A stretch of 64,000 nt of DNA. Source: Felis catus. Lineage: Eukaryota. This document shows, one piece after another, positions 1 to 12,341 of this stretch (position 1 is the stretch's first letter; each line of letters opens with the position of its first letter). The notes beneath the pieces are model-generated. The model was not told where the DNA came from and ran no database searches. It worked only from the letters and a program-made list of their open reading frames with translations. Where the stretch lies: the NCBI RefSeq assembly GCF_018350175.1, contig NC_058368.1, positions 103,790,001 through 103,854,000 of the forward strand, in the 5' to 3' direction. Made by a program: the position numbers and the translations under genes.

Positions 1-65
1 CACTTCTAGCCCATGGAAGGGAAGGCTAGAGATTCATTAAAGAGTTTATTTAAAGGGAATTTATA

Positions 66-300
66 GGGGCCCCCGAGTCACTCAGTAGGTTGTCTGACTC
101 TTGGTTTCGGCTCAGGTCATGATCTCACGGTCCGTGAGATCGAGCCTGGCATCACACTCTGCTGGCAGCGTAGAGCCTGCTTGGGATTCTTTCTCTCTGT
201 CTCTCTCTCTCTGTCTGTCTCTCTCTCTCTCTCTCTCCCCCTATCTCACTCACACTCTGTCTCTCAAAACAAATAAACTTTAAAAATAATATAAATAAGT
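66..300 (+). mobile_element. Can-SINE (tRNA-derived SINEC)
   Basis: GGGGC head, ggctcaggtcatgatctc core, (CT)n, AATAAA/A-rich tail. Confidence 0.92.
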
Positions 301-915
301 AAAATGAATTTACAGAAGTGGGGGTGCTGGCATCATACTCCCCTCTGCTCCCCATAAGTGTTCAAACTGTAAGAAGGGAAGTGACTTCTCACCGACAGAT
401 AGCTCCTTGATGACCATGTCAAAGGCCAACCCTAGGCCACCCCTGCAGTTGACTGCAAGAAAATTCTGAACCCAAATCCCTAGATTTAGGGGAAATTCAC
501 TAAGTAAAGACTAACTACAATCTCATTAACCTTTAGAAGCATAATTACAGGAAGCCATCTAAGGCAAATGGCAATGACAAAAATGACCACTCCAGGGCAA
601 AAAGGGGGCACAGCATTTGTTCAAACAGGAATAAATTTGCAATTTCTGCAGCCAAGGGACACCTTGGAGAGTACCAAGGCAGGAAAGGCCCAAAGGGGAC
701 TCACCTAAGAAAGTTAACTGTAGCAAAGTGCTCCCCAGCAGGAAGCATCTACAGTATACAGCTGGGGTCGGGGATATATGAGGAAGGTCACTATTTTCAT
801 TCATCCACAGGAGGGAATAGTAGAGAGGGTGGAGGAGGAGAGCAGGAGGTCAGCATCTATGCAGCAGAAGGGTATAGAGAAGGGGTGAAAAACAACTCAA
901 AACCTTGTAGGTGTC

Positions 916-1274
916 TGTATCAGTCAGCATGGGCTGCCCTAACAAAACACCATACGCTCGGTGACTTCAACAACAGAAATGTATTCTGGGAAGCCCAAGA
1001 TCAAGGTGCCAACCAGTTTAGTTACTGGTAAGAGCTCTCTTCCTGGCTTGCAGATGACCATCTTGTCACAGCATCCTCACAAGGTGGAAAGAGAGAGGGA
1101 GCTCTCTGATGTCCCTTCCGATACAGGCACTAATCCTATCATATCAGGGTCCCACCCCAATGACCTCATTTAACCTTAATGACTTCTGTAAAGGCCTCAT
1201 GTCCAAATATAATTGCATTAAGGGTTAGGCCTTCCACATGTGAATTCTGAGGGAAAAGAATTCAGTCCACAGCA
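916..1274 (-). mobile_element. MaLR solo LTR, MLT1A/B-like
   Basis: TG...CA ends; tgtatcagtc...ggctgccctaacaaaacacca...aagatcaaggtgcc...gacctcatttaacct...attcagtccacagca matches recalled MLT1 consensus (reverse strand). Confidence 0.8.
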
Positions 1275-2985
1275 ATTTCATTAAAAAAAAAAAACAAAGA
1301 CTATAAGAAGGCATCTGACGAGAGCAAAACTATAGGCAATGTCTACCCACGCACAAAATATCTTAAACAAAAGAGGCGGAGAGAAAAAGTGTATGACTGT
1401 GTGCTTAAATCTTCTCTAAGGAAAGGCAATGGTAAACTATCTACAAGTTAAAAAACTTATCAGAAGGGAAATGCATTAGAAAAGCAATCACAATGAGGAA
1501 AAGAGAAAAAAGAAACAGGGAGCATGAGCCTACTGTGTTCATAAGAAACTATATAACTAATTGAATGCATATGGAGTCTATGGTTGATTTATGGTGGGAA
1601 ATAAATTTAAATATAAATGCCATGTTAAAATTGATGAAGGATCTTAAACTTTAAAACTTCAAGTTTGTAGAATGCATAAGTATGTAGAAAAGTTTAAAAT
1701 AAAACTGACGTGAAGGAAGAGAAATTATAGAAAGGAAAAATTAAAATGTGCATGTATTGCATTTATAAGAACTTGATTTATAACCAAATATTTGAGGAAA
1801 ATGTGTTGGCTTTCTTGAAAGAATAAAAGAATATTTAAATATACTAGATAAACGGGCCGGTTATTTATTATAAACTCTAAAATAGTCTGTGCTTCTTAAA
1901 GGAAGAAAAAACTACAGCGAGATATGAATTTAAAGCAATGAAGTTCAAGATGGTAGAATCCGCGTATGCTTTTGCCTCTTCTCCTTTGAAACTCATTAAA
2001 ATGGCAGTTAAAAAAGACACAAGGAAGTAAATTCATAAAAGTGCTGAGAACATATGGGACATCAATGGACCAGATATTTCTGCAGATTTCTGGATGACAG
2101 AGTAGGGAATAGAATGGTACTATGTATACATGAAAGCAGAGGGAGCCATCACTCAAACCATGATCAGAAGGGAGGGGTGAAGCGGGAAGTTCATTGTGGA
2201 ATTCTCCAGAAAGAGCAAGTAAAAAGAGGAGGACCGATTGCCAAAATTTTTAAATGCAATAACATGGATAGAAAAATCAAGTTGAGACATGCTTCGGACT
2301 ATAGAGCACAAAGGACAAAGAAATTGAAAATGTGAGCAAAAAGATAAGAGACATATAAAATCAATCCAGGTTGGCCAGCATCTGATTAGCAAAAATCCTA
2401 TAAAAAGAAAACAGAGGTACAAAGGAAAAGATTCCATTTTACCCTGATGAGTGGCCTGGGGGCATGTAATAGAATCCAAAAGAAAAGAAATGGAATCCTA
2501 GCACACTGCATATCTTCGACAGTAAAAAATAATTACATACTCATAGTAATATAAAAGATTGATTATTTTTAGCCTCAAAGGCAACAAACATAGGCAGAGA
2601 GCACCGAAAGTATGGTTGTAATCGCAGAACAAAATGTAAATGTTATCAACCTTGACAATATAAAAGCAAAAATTAAATTGAAGGACCGTAGGAAGAAAAA
2701 AACCTGAAGAAGAGGCAGGGGGGAGGGGGAAGGGACTAATGTTCTCATCCTAGAGCAAAATCAAGTCAAGGGAACAAGAGAGAGGATTGTTGATATGTTT
2801 TCTAAAGTTATGAAAGGAACCGAAGTAAAGCTGAAAATACTAATGTAACTACCAAAGTTCAGGAAAAGGGTGAGGGGGCCAATCATCGTCTCTCACAGCA
2901 GGGAGTAAGAAGAAACACTCCAGTCATTAAATTAAGAAATAGGGGTTGATGATTTTTTTTTCCAATAACTACCAGAATTTCTTTT

Positions 2986-3207
2986 CATGCTGTCTCTTTG
3001 TCTCTGTCTCTCTCTGTCTCTCTGTCTCTCTCTCTCCCTCTCTTTTCTTTTTTAGAGAGAGAGAGCATGAGAGTAGAGGGAGAGAAAGAGAAAATCCCAA
3101 GCAGGCTCCTTGCCCAGCACAGGGCTCGATTCCAGGACCCCGCGATTAGGACTTGAGCAGAAATCAAAAGTCGGACACTCAGTTGACTGAGCCACTCGTG
3201 CGCCCCC
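2986..3207 (-). mobile_element. Can-SINE
   Basis: Reverse head gagccactcgtgcgcccc, (GA)n, degenerate CT/T-rich tail. Confidence 0.85.
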
Positions 3208-3564
3208 TAGAATTCCATTTTAATGGTCAACAGAGATGCTGGTGGAAAGGAGCCTGGGGGTGTGAGGTATAGAGCAGGGTGATTTCCCTCGTCATCATAA
3301 ATTCGTCTGTATTCCTGATTTCTTACTTTGTGTTCATATCACTTGGACAAAAACAAATACATAAGAACAAATTCACCAAAACTTAAGTATTAAGTCAATG
3401 CCAACTGTCTCCATTTTCCAAATGCTGAGTGACGTCAAGGCCGTGGCAAGGAGTGGGAAGCAGATTTTAACCTTGCAAGAAACTGACTGAAACATAAAAC
3501 AGCCAAGGTAAATAACTCAAAAGAGATGTACAGGAACTGAAACGAGAAAACATCTCGTATCCTG

Positions 3565-3568
<4 letters not shown>

Positions 3569-3605
<37 letters not shown>
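3569..3605. repeat. (CT)n microsatellite
   Basis: Pure CT dinucleotide run. Confidence 0.95.
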
Positions 3606-3607
<2 letters not shown>

Positions 3608-3884
3608 AAACCCAACAGAATTTGCACATATGATTGTCCTCCTGTATCTACTGAGACATACAACACACAGTAATGACTACTTCTTCATAGATTCAAATAA
3701 CACATTCTTGGATAAAAATTAATTCATTCGAACAATAGGTTGTGTGTTCAAAGACACACAATGTGGGACAAATGTGAAACATCTTTTTATCAGCTTTCCC
3801 AAATAAAATTATCAATATAGGGAAATACCCCAACGAGGGTACACCCCCAAGACACCTGATTCAACCAAAGTGTGGGTTATCAAA

Positions 3885-4074
3885 GTTTTTCTTTTTAAGA
3901 CATTTGTTTAATGTTTATTTATTTTTGAGAGAGAGGGAGACACAGAATTTGAAGCAGGATCCAGATTCCAGGCTATCAGCACAGAGTCCGACAGGGGGCT
4001 CGAACTCACGAACTGCGAGATCATGACCTGAGCCAAAGTCGGAAACTTAACTGACTGAGCCACCCAGGCACCCC
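3885..4074 (-). mobile_element. Can-SINE (Fc-like)
   Basis: tttatttatttttgagag tail to gagccacccaggcacccc head. Confidence 0.92.
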
Positions 4075-4270
4075 AGCCACCTTTTTCTACAAAGGACCAG
4101 CTAGTGAATATTTTAGACTTTGTGGCTTATACTCAACTCTGCCCTTGTAGCATGAAAGATACCGTAGACAGTACACAAATGAATGGGTGTGGATATGTTC
4201 CAATAAAACTTATTTATAAAACAGGCTGTGGGCAGTATTTGGCCCAAGGGCTAGAGCTTGCCCACCACTG
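4075..4270 (+). mobile_element. MER58A-like hAT-Charlie MITE
   Basis: tttttctacaaaggaccag...aatattttagactttgtgg...tgttccaataaaactt...atttggcccaagggctagagcttgccc motifs typical of MER58. Confidence 0.75.
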
Positions 4271-4805
4271 AGCGGAAGGATCGAGGACACTAAGACATTT
4301 TCTAATTATTAAAAGGAAAGCACATAGTCCATAACGGAAATCACCTGTGCTACCAATATAATAACAAACAATATCCCATCAATTATTGCTAGATGTTACT
4401 TCCTGTTGTTCAAATACCTTTTGTTCAAAGCCAGGGAGGCTACTTGAGATTTAGTAAGATTTTTATAAATCTGGTGGAAAAAGTGCTAAAGCATACCCAC
4501 TCCATTCCTCTTTCCTCCCCATTATTCGGACAACAATAAAATAAAAACAATGATAAAGGTGGCTGTCCTGGTAAGGGTCCCTTTTAGATAGCTAACATAC
4601 TCGACCTCCGATTTCTCCATCAAATTGAGAACCCCCAATAGCTTTAACTGTCTATTCCTTTGTTACATGTGAAAACATTGTTAAAGGAAAAACACCACTT
4701 CTTCAACAGCAGTTGGCAATGACACCTAGCTTTAGATGGCTCGTGAAGGATGTTTTGTGTTTCAAATAACTGACATCGGGTAAACATAAAGACTGGCACC
4801 TGGTG

Positions 4806-4918
4806 GGGTGCCTGGGTGGCTCAGTTGGTTTAACATGCAACTCTTGATCTCAAGATCCTGAGCTCTAGCCCCTGGTTGGGCTCTGTGCTGGGCTCTGCGC
4901 TGGGCATGAAGTCTACTT
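4806..4918 (+). mobile_element. Short Can-SINE variant (A tail displaced to 5096-5139)
   Basis: ggggtgcctgggtggctcagttgg head; ends gaagtctactt. Confidence 0.8.
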
Positions 4919-5091
4919 TTTTTTTTAATGTACGTTTATTTTTGAGAGAGAGACAAGGGGTAAGTGGGGGAGGGGCAGAGGGAGACGGAGACACAGAATC
5001 CAAAGCAGGCTCCAAGATCCGTGCTGTCAGCACAGAGCTCGACATGGGGATCAAACTCACCAACCATGAGATCACAACCTGAGCCAAAGTC
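4917..5091 (-). mobile_element. 5'-truncated Can-SINE
   Basis: T-tail, gagacacagaatccaaagcaggctcc body, stops at gagccaaagtc (A-box region missing). Confidence 0.85.
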
Positions 5092-5094
5092 CTT

Positions 5095-5141
<47 letters not shown>

Positions 5142-5867
5142 TTAGCATCTGGCAAGGATATTGATGGCTTGCTGAAAAGTGGATAAAAGCAAGATTCAAA
5201 TATCAAATCAGCTTCCACATGAAAATTCTGATTGTATTTGTGATGGCTGTGAGCAAAACAGGGTCCCAAATAGAATTTTAGATAGCATTAACGATATGGC
5301 CAAAAAGGATGAAAAATCACAAGTGACAAGGAAAAGCACATTTGCTATGTGACCAAAAAAAAAGGGAACAAAGGCTATCTTCCAACCACACAAAGAAATC
5401 CTCAAAACTGACCTGGCAGTTCCTATCAGATACGACATGATTATAATCACAACGTCCAAGTGCAAAGGGAAAAACAAAACAAAACAAAACAAAAAAAACT
5501 TACAAATCACAGCGTATCCAAGATTGGAGGAGATTGACAACAATAACCCGTGGCACATATACAAGAAATTTAATTCTAACTAAAATGAATATCGTACAAC
5601 CGTGGAAGATAGGTTTGGAGAAAGTGTATTTTGTTTTGTGTTTTGTTTTGGCAGCTTTAGAGAATCAGCAGGTCAGGAACAGATGTACTGAACACACACC
5701 TCAGTACCCACGAGCATGTACACGAACAAAGCCAGGGAGGCTACTTGAGATTTAGTAAGAAGATTTTTATAAATGACCGGTTCTCTCTGCAGCCACTCCA
5801 AAGCCTTCCTAGGCAAAGGATATGTCCCAATTCCAACTAGAAGAAAAATACACGATCCACGCGCAAC

Positions 5868-5930
5868 GTTTATTTGTTCCACCCCCGCCCCAATCTTCAC
5901 AGACACCTTTTAATCAACATGCAAATGAGG
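5868..5930. promoter_or_regulatory. Motif cluster: GC box, CCAAT, octamer
   Basis: CCCCGCCCC 5883-5891, CCAAT 5890-5894, ATGCAAAT 5919-5926. Confidence 0.25.
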
Positions 5931-6115
5931 CAGGCTTCCCAGCAACATTACTGGTTCCTTATGTAATTTTAGCATTAAAATAATAGTTGGCACCTAAAAA
6001 CCATTCCTTAGCCCAAAAGCTTTCAACATCTGAAAATTGTATGAGCTCTACTCAGATGAACAGACACATGCATTATAAGCAATAGGAAAGACCACCATTA
6101 TAAACAAAGGCTTCT

Positions 6116-6339
6116 GGGGCGCCTGGGTGGCGCAGTCGGTTAAGCGTCCGACTTCAGCCAGGTCACGATCTCGCGGTCCGGGAGTTCGAGCCCCGCGTCG
6201 GGCTCTGGGCCGATGGCTCGGAGCCTGGAGCCTGTTTCCGATTCTGTGTCTCCCTCTCTCTGCCCCTCCCCCGTTCATGCTCTGTCTCTCTCTGTCCCAA
6301 AAATAAATAAAAAACGTTGAAAAAAAATTAAAAAAAAAA
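6116..6339 (+). mobile_element. Young felid SINE (SINEC_Fc-like), full length
   Basis: CpGs intact; diagnostic ttcagccaggtcacg; perfect TSD ataaacaaaggcttct (6100-6115/6340-6355). Confidence 0.97.
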
Positions 6340-6514
6340 ATAAACAAAGGCTTCTTTTCTGAGGGAAAAAAAATGCAAAGGAAAAGTATGTCTAAAGGAA
6401 CACCCAGTCCCCTCTCTTGTCAGTCCTGCCTTCGCTTACTGTGTTCAGGTACACACAATGTCCTATGAACTGACCCACATTCTTGGTATTTCTTGATCAA
6501 AAATGGCCCTTATC

Positions 6515-6737
6515 GGGGCACCTGGGTGGCTCAGTCGGTTGAGCGTCCGACTTCAGCTCAGGTCACGATCCCGCGGTCCGTGAGTTCGAGCCCCGCGTCA
6601 GGCTCTGGGCTGATGGCTCAGAGCCTGGAGCCTGCTTCCGATTCTGTGTCTCCCTCTCTCTCTGCCCCTCCCCCGTTCATGCTCTGTCTCTCTCTGTCTC
6701 AAAAATAAATAAAACGTTAAAAAAAAAAATTTTTTTT
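6515..6737 (+). mobile_element. Felid SINE, full length
   Basis: Perfect TSD aatggcccttatc (6502-6514/6738-6750). Confidence 0.97.
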
Positions 6738-7739
6738 AATGGCCCTTATCAAAGTCTGGGGTAACCAGTTAACAATCTGAGAAGCTATTTCAACCAAATC
6801 TATCACTGACCATTAAAGGAGGGTATGTTAGCCCTTCCTAAATAACAAATGCATTTACTAGGAACCCTCCATGCTGTGGGCTGGTGGCATCCTGTAGGTC
6901 CTGTGACTGAGCCGATGGGACAAATAGCTCAGGGCAAAGGGGCCTTAAGCATCCATGGAGTCACTCCATCTATTCCATTTTCTAGGTCCTACACAGAGAC
7001 CAAAAATGTCCATTTAAATGGACTAATCAGTGTGGACTCTGTTTGGTGATTCAGATGTGATCTGATGTGCCTTCAAGAAACTTATGATGAGAACTTAGGC
7101 AAGATAAGCCAAATATGTAAAATAGATGAAGGACACATTATTCATATTTAGTGTAATCCGACAGCTGCCTTTTCCTTACAGCCTATGTACTAGGCTCTGC
7201 AAAGCACATGAGTAAGGGGCAGGGGTCACACGTTGAGGACCCAGCAAGAGACACAAAGCATAAAAGATTTCAAAGGAAGGGAAGATCACCTTAAGGAAAC
7301 CAGGAAAGCTTTCATAGAGAAAATGGCACAGATGAGCCTTGAAAGATAGGTGAAATTTCAATGGGTTCAGATCTAGAAAATAAAAAAGAGGGAAAATCCA
7401 GGCAGTAAGAATAACATGAACAAAGATATAGGTAGAGGTGAGAGGTAAGTTTTGCACATCACAGCAGAGAGTTTCAAACAATTAACATATCAAACATCTC
7501 CCGTGAGTTAACCACCGCCATCAGGTGTTGGAAATACAAAAATTAACAAAACATGAGTCCCTGTCTTGAAGTACTCATAGCTGGGGTACAAACATGTTGC
7601 ATCCCTGATGGATGAGCTCAGAGAAGAGGATGAGAAGCATTGTGATGGCAGACACGCGGAGCAACACTGCACAAGGGACGGAGAAGAAGGAAAAGCCAAG
7701 GTGAAAGGTTAAGAAGGAATTTTCATTTATAACAAACTC

Positions 7740-8830
7740 AAAGATCGAATACTCCTCATAAAGAATTTGTAAAGATTTGAGAATGAAAGGATCAGCGATC
7801 CATTAGGAAATGACAAAAAGATATGGACAGCTCACAGAGGAGAAAATGGAAACAGCCCTTGGAAATAACAGATGCTTCCCCTGGCTGTTGATAAGAGATG
7901 TGTAAGTTGAAACTGCACTGGGGCGCCTGGGTGGCTCAGTTGGTTGAGTGGCCGACTTCGGCTCAGGTCATGATCTCATGGTCCGTGAGTTCGAGCCCTG
8001 AGTCGGGCTCTGTGCTGACAGCTCAGAGCCTGGAGCCTGTTTCCGATTCTGTGTCTCCCTCTCTCTGACCCTCCCCCGTTCATGCTCTGTCTCTCTCTGT
8101 CTCAAAAATAAATAAACGTTAAAAAAAAAATTAAAAAAAAAAAACTGCACCAAGATCCTGTTTCTCGAAAACCAGATTGACCAAAAAAGCCAAAAAATCT
8201 TACGCTCGACAGGCCAGAGTCCTGTTTGCAAGGTTCTAAGAAAATTAGCGCTCTCATATGTTGCTGGAGGGAACGCAAAAATGGTAAACCCCTCTGGAGG
8301 AGAATATAGCAGTATCTAGAACACTTAAAATTACACTGGTGGCTTGCATTAACTCCATTGGTCAGTGCTCTTCTAGATCTAATCATGACTTGACAAAATA
8401 TCTGGAGGGGAGAAGGACATATTGAAAACACCCAAGGATACAGTCAGCCAGATTCAGTGTCAGTAAAATTCTCAGAGGCAAATGATTCCTGTTCCAAAAT
8501 AGATGGCGTGAACGGGGGAACTGAATTCAGACTGATTCCTGAATAATTCTGAGGAATTATCATTAATGCTTAGATGTGCTAATGCCATCAGGGTTATTTT
8601 TTAGGTTTTTATCCATTAGAGATCCACACTGAATTATTTATAGTTCAAATAATGTGCAGTCTGAGATTTGCTTTCATCCCCTAAAAAATAAAGCATGGGG
8701 AGATAGGAAAATCAAAGCAGCAAAGTGTTGACCATTATTGAAACTGCCTGATAGGTAAACAGGGATTCATTATACCATTTTTGCTACTCCTGTAGATATT
8801 TGAAATTTTTCATCGTTAAAAAGTTTTTTT
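7740..8830 (+). mobile_element. Old L1 (L1ME/L1MC-like) 3' fragments, interrupted by SINE
   Basis: Degenerate ORF2-end and 3'UTR motifs (gacaaaaagatatggacag, ctcatatgttgctggagggaacgcaaaaatgg, tttgaaatttttcat...aaaaag). Confidence 0.55.
7920..8140 (+). mobile_element. Felid SINE
   Basis: Full head/body/tail; flanking aaactgcac repeat. Confidence 0.95.
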
Positions 8831-10726
8831 AAAAAAGTAATTACTGAAACATAACAGTATTATCTGGAGAGTGCCATGTCTTCGATGCTAAAAGGGAAAG
8901 CTGAACACCAGCTTCCAGAACTGCAGAAAGATGCAGGAAGAGAGAAGTCACTAAAACTACTGGGCTTATCTATTTCTAAGACAATTACAGTCTGATAAAA
9001 GGTGACAGATAGAAAAGCCAAAGTGCAAAAGCCTGAAAAAAAGTGCTCAAGGGGATGAAGGGCGAAAATACAGAGAGACAATTCTTACAAGGTCTTCAAG
9101 CCATTAGTGAAAAGACAGGAATGTGATGTAGAATACAAGGAAGCATCACTATGAATAGTAATTAAGTACCACAGTATCACTAAGTCAATCACATAGTTCC
9201 AAAAGTCACCAAATCTTCAGAAGGGTTATAATACGGAAATGGCACTAGGTTAGGAATCAGAAAGTCTAGATTCTCATTTCAAACATTAACTGTCAGAGCA
9301 TATCCATCAGTTAAAAAAAAAAAAGTAGTTGTTTTGAAGATACATAACTACATGAACATTTGGGTCCGTACAGGAGATGTGGGATCATCCTTTCCTCAAG
9401 GTACGTCAGAAGCGAAGAGGTAGGTTACGGGCTATAAAAAAAGAGCCAAGAGAGTGAAATTCAATGTCTTGTTCAACCAGTCGGCTCTGGGCACAACCAT
9501 CATCTCTGCTTTTACGTGAGCAAAGAGTTGGAGGGATTCCTCAAACCAGAAACAGAAACAAGTAACCAGACCCAGACTGGAGCGTGAGTCTGCCTCCTGT
9601 TACTGCAAGGAAGTAATTTATTACCATCGGGTTATGGGGAAAGCTGGCGCTGACTTGGTCCACATGTCCCCTACTGTGATCTCCAGATGTTAGCTAGAAC
9701 TGCTGTGCACCATCAAAAAGTTAAACAAGTCTGAAACATCTCATGAATAAGCTTGAGGCAAGTTTAAGGGAAGAGGTCAAGTGTGAGGACAGGAATTCCT
9801 GGGGCCCACAGCTCTAACTTGTAAGCTCTTACATCTGAGGCCGAATACCTTGTAACAGAAAGCATATGATCAATTCGTTTATTCAACAAACACTTACTGA
9901 GGCCCTAACATGCGTTCGACTCCAGGCTGGGTGTTAGAGATGGAACAGTAAAGGTTATTCACCGTAATAGCACTAATACTCAGAACAGTATAAATACATT
10001 TTGAATGCAAGGGGGGGTTTACTTACAGGTGAGGAGGACCAGGAGAAGAATCATCATAAGCCAATACAAAAATATCTTCCTGACTCACAAGGAGCTGATC
10101 TGCTTACCTACGCCTTGGGAGAAAACCTGGAAGCAGGTGCTAACAGAAAGCAATTACAAACAAACAAACTACAACTTACAAAGGAATACAGAGAAAATAA
10201 TTTAATATTAAAACTGAGAGAATTGGCGAGGGGAGGTGCATAGAGATATACAAAGGAAAACAATCGCACAAAACATAATGCACTTTATCAACCCTTCCCA
10301 TTTTGAGTAGTTAACAACTTCCATTGGTCCTGGCAAGGAATTCAGAATAGGATTTAGAATGTGGAAGCAGCTAAAACACACATCTACTTCAGGCTAGAAG
10401 GATTGCCAAATTTCATCTGCAAACTAGACAGAGCAGAGTCCGGATCAGAAAATGACAAATGTGCTCAATTCTATGCTCTTGTAAAGGCTAGGATACTTTC
10501 ACTCGGCTTTTTTGGAAAATACACTACACTTTATCATGAACACTACACCTTTATCTTGATTAGACTGGGCAAGTATCAACTGTTCTCAACTAGGTCAAAA
10601 AGCAAAAGGAAGATGGCACGGGGGTCCTACCTCTCCTCCAAAGTAAGGTCGTGAAATTGGACTAGCTCAGAAACTGTCAAGAGTGATACAGTTTACGCAG
10701 CAGAAGATTTAAATCAAGAAGGGATC

Positions 10727-10942
10727 GGGGTGCCTGGGTGGCTCAGTCAGTTTAATCGTCCAACTTCGGCTCAGGTCACGATCTCACAGTTCGTGAGTTC
10801 AAGCCCTGCATCAGGCCCTGTGCTGACAGCCTGGAGCCTGTTTCGGATTCTGTCTCCCTCTCTCTTCCCCTCCCCTGTTCTCTCTCTCTTTATCTCCCTC
10901 CCTCTCTCTATCTCTGTCTCAAAAATAAATAACATTAAAAAA
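10727..10942 (+). mobile_element. Can-SINE
   Basis: TSD ttaaatcaagaagggat on both sides. Confidence 0.95.
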
Positions 10943-11040
10943 TTAAATCAAGAAGGGATAATGCTGGATTCTCCTTCCAAAGTATGCAATTTCCTTGGAA
11001 ATTCACCCTATGAATATCTTGAGTAAGAAACCCCTGGATC

Positions 11041-11250
11041 GGGGCACCTGGGTGGCTCAGTCGGTTGAGCGTCCGACTTCAGCTGAGGTCATGATCTCAT
11101 GGTCTGTGAGTTCGAGCCACATATCGGGCTCTGTGCTGTCAGTTGAGAGCCTGGAGCCTGCTTCAAATTCTGTGTCTCCCTCTCTCTCTGCCCCTCCCCT
11201 GCTCATGCTCTGTCTCTCTCTCTATCAAAAATAAATAAATATAAAAAAAA
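11041..11250 (+). mobile_element. Felid SINE
   Basis: TSD aagaaacccct(g/a)gatc. Confidence 0.95.
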
Positions 11251-12341
11251 AAAGAAACCCCTAGATCAGCTCCTCTTTGATCTCCACTCCACAGAGCAAC
11301 TCCTTCACAGCCGGTACACAGGCATCTTCCCCTAGGTACTGCTGCAGGTTCCACCTTACTTGACCTGATGGGTTTGAGAGGCAATTCCCCCACCTGACAG
11401 AAGAGGGCAATGTGGAGCTTTTGACTTGCACAAGTTCGGCCCCCTATTCTGCTCAGCATTAACTCAGCGTATACTCTGAGTATAAATACACAAATGTGTG
11501 GTCTTTTATCCAGAAGGGCAAAATCAGAAAAAAACTTTGGCATATAAAGAAGAGAAATATGGGAGCGCTTGTGTAAAAGAGAAAAAAGAAAGAAAGAAAG
11601 AAATATATCCTAAAGGATTATACATTGCGGGGTGGGTATATGAATGACCATAACCGCACAGATAGTATTGTCTCAGTAAATCACATGCTCATGTGCTTTT
11701 TTCTTCAACTTGCTATGACAATGTCATTTGTCCATCTCTTGTTTATTTCACTTCATGAGCTCCTTGTCACTTAATTAATGCTTTTAAATGAAACATGAAA
11801 TTTCTTTATCAATTCATTTTGAAAATATATTCTGACTTGTTAATCTCTCTCTTCTTTAACCAGAAGATTTCTATAGCTTACATTACAAGAAATGACAAGG
11901 GCAATTATCATTAAAAACTGAGCAGAACAAAGCTATGGTAATGAGGAGCGCTACAATTCATTCAGCACTACCGCTAGGTGATAAAAGGATAAAATGAACC
12001 CACCTCTGTCTTTCTGATAACAAAGCAATTACGACTTGTAAAGTAATACAGAGAAAATAATAATTTAACAAAAAAACTGAAAGAACGGTAGGCACGGAGA
12101 AATACAAAGGAAAACAACTCTGCACAAAAGATAATTCACTTTATCAAAACTTTCCATTATGAGTAGAAAAAGACTTGCCAAAAATGTCAGGATGCACGGC
12201 AATATTTTTCCCAGGAAAAATAATTTTCTCTTATTAGTATTCAGAAGGTTGCTAGCAGAATGATACAATGAAAAAAGTTCACTCTGTCTTTGAAAGTAGT
12301 AAGCAATAAAGCGCAAGTAGAGATAAGCAAGGATAGTATAA

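Noticed and set aside
559..804. 81-aa ATG ORF crossing a consensus donor TAG|GTGAGT at ~704
   Set aside because: No recognisable protein, promoter context or strong acceptor; cannot be supported.
6116..6200. tRNA-like A/B boxes at SINE heads
   Set aside because: tRNA-derived SINE promoters followed by SINE body and tail; no cloverleaf tRNA gene.
6493..6708. Recurring MAQSVKRPTSAQVMISR...SLSQK ORF family throughout the window
   Set aside because: Translation of the Can-SINE consensus, not a gene family.
11462..11481. 20-bp near-palindrome actcagcgtatactctgagt; also 9-bp stem cttgatatg/catatcaag near 22253-22276
   Set aside because: One or two such structures are expected by chance in 64 kb; too short for a pre-miRNA.
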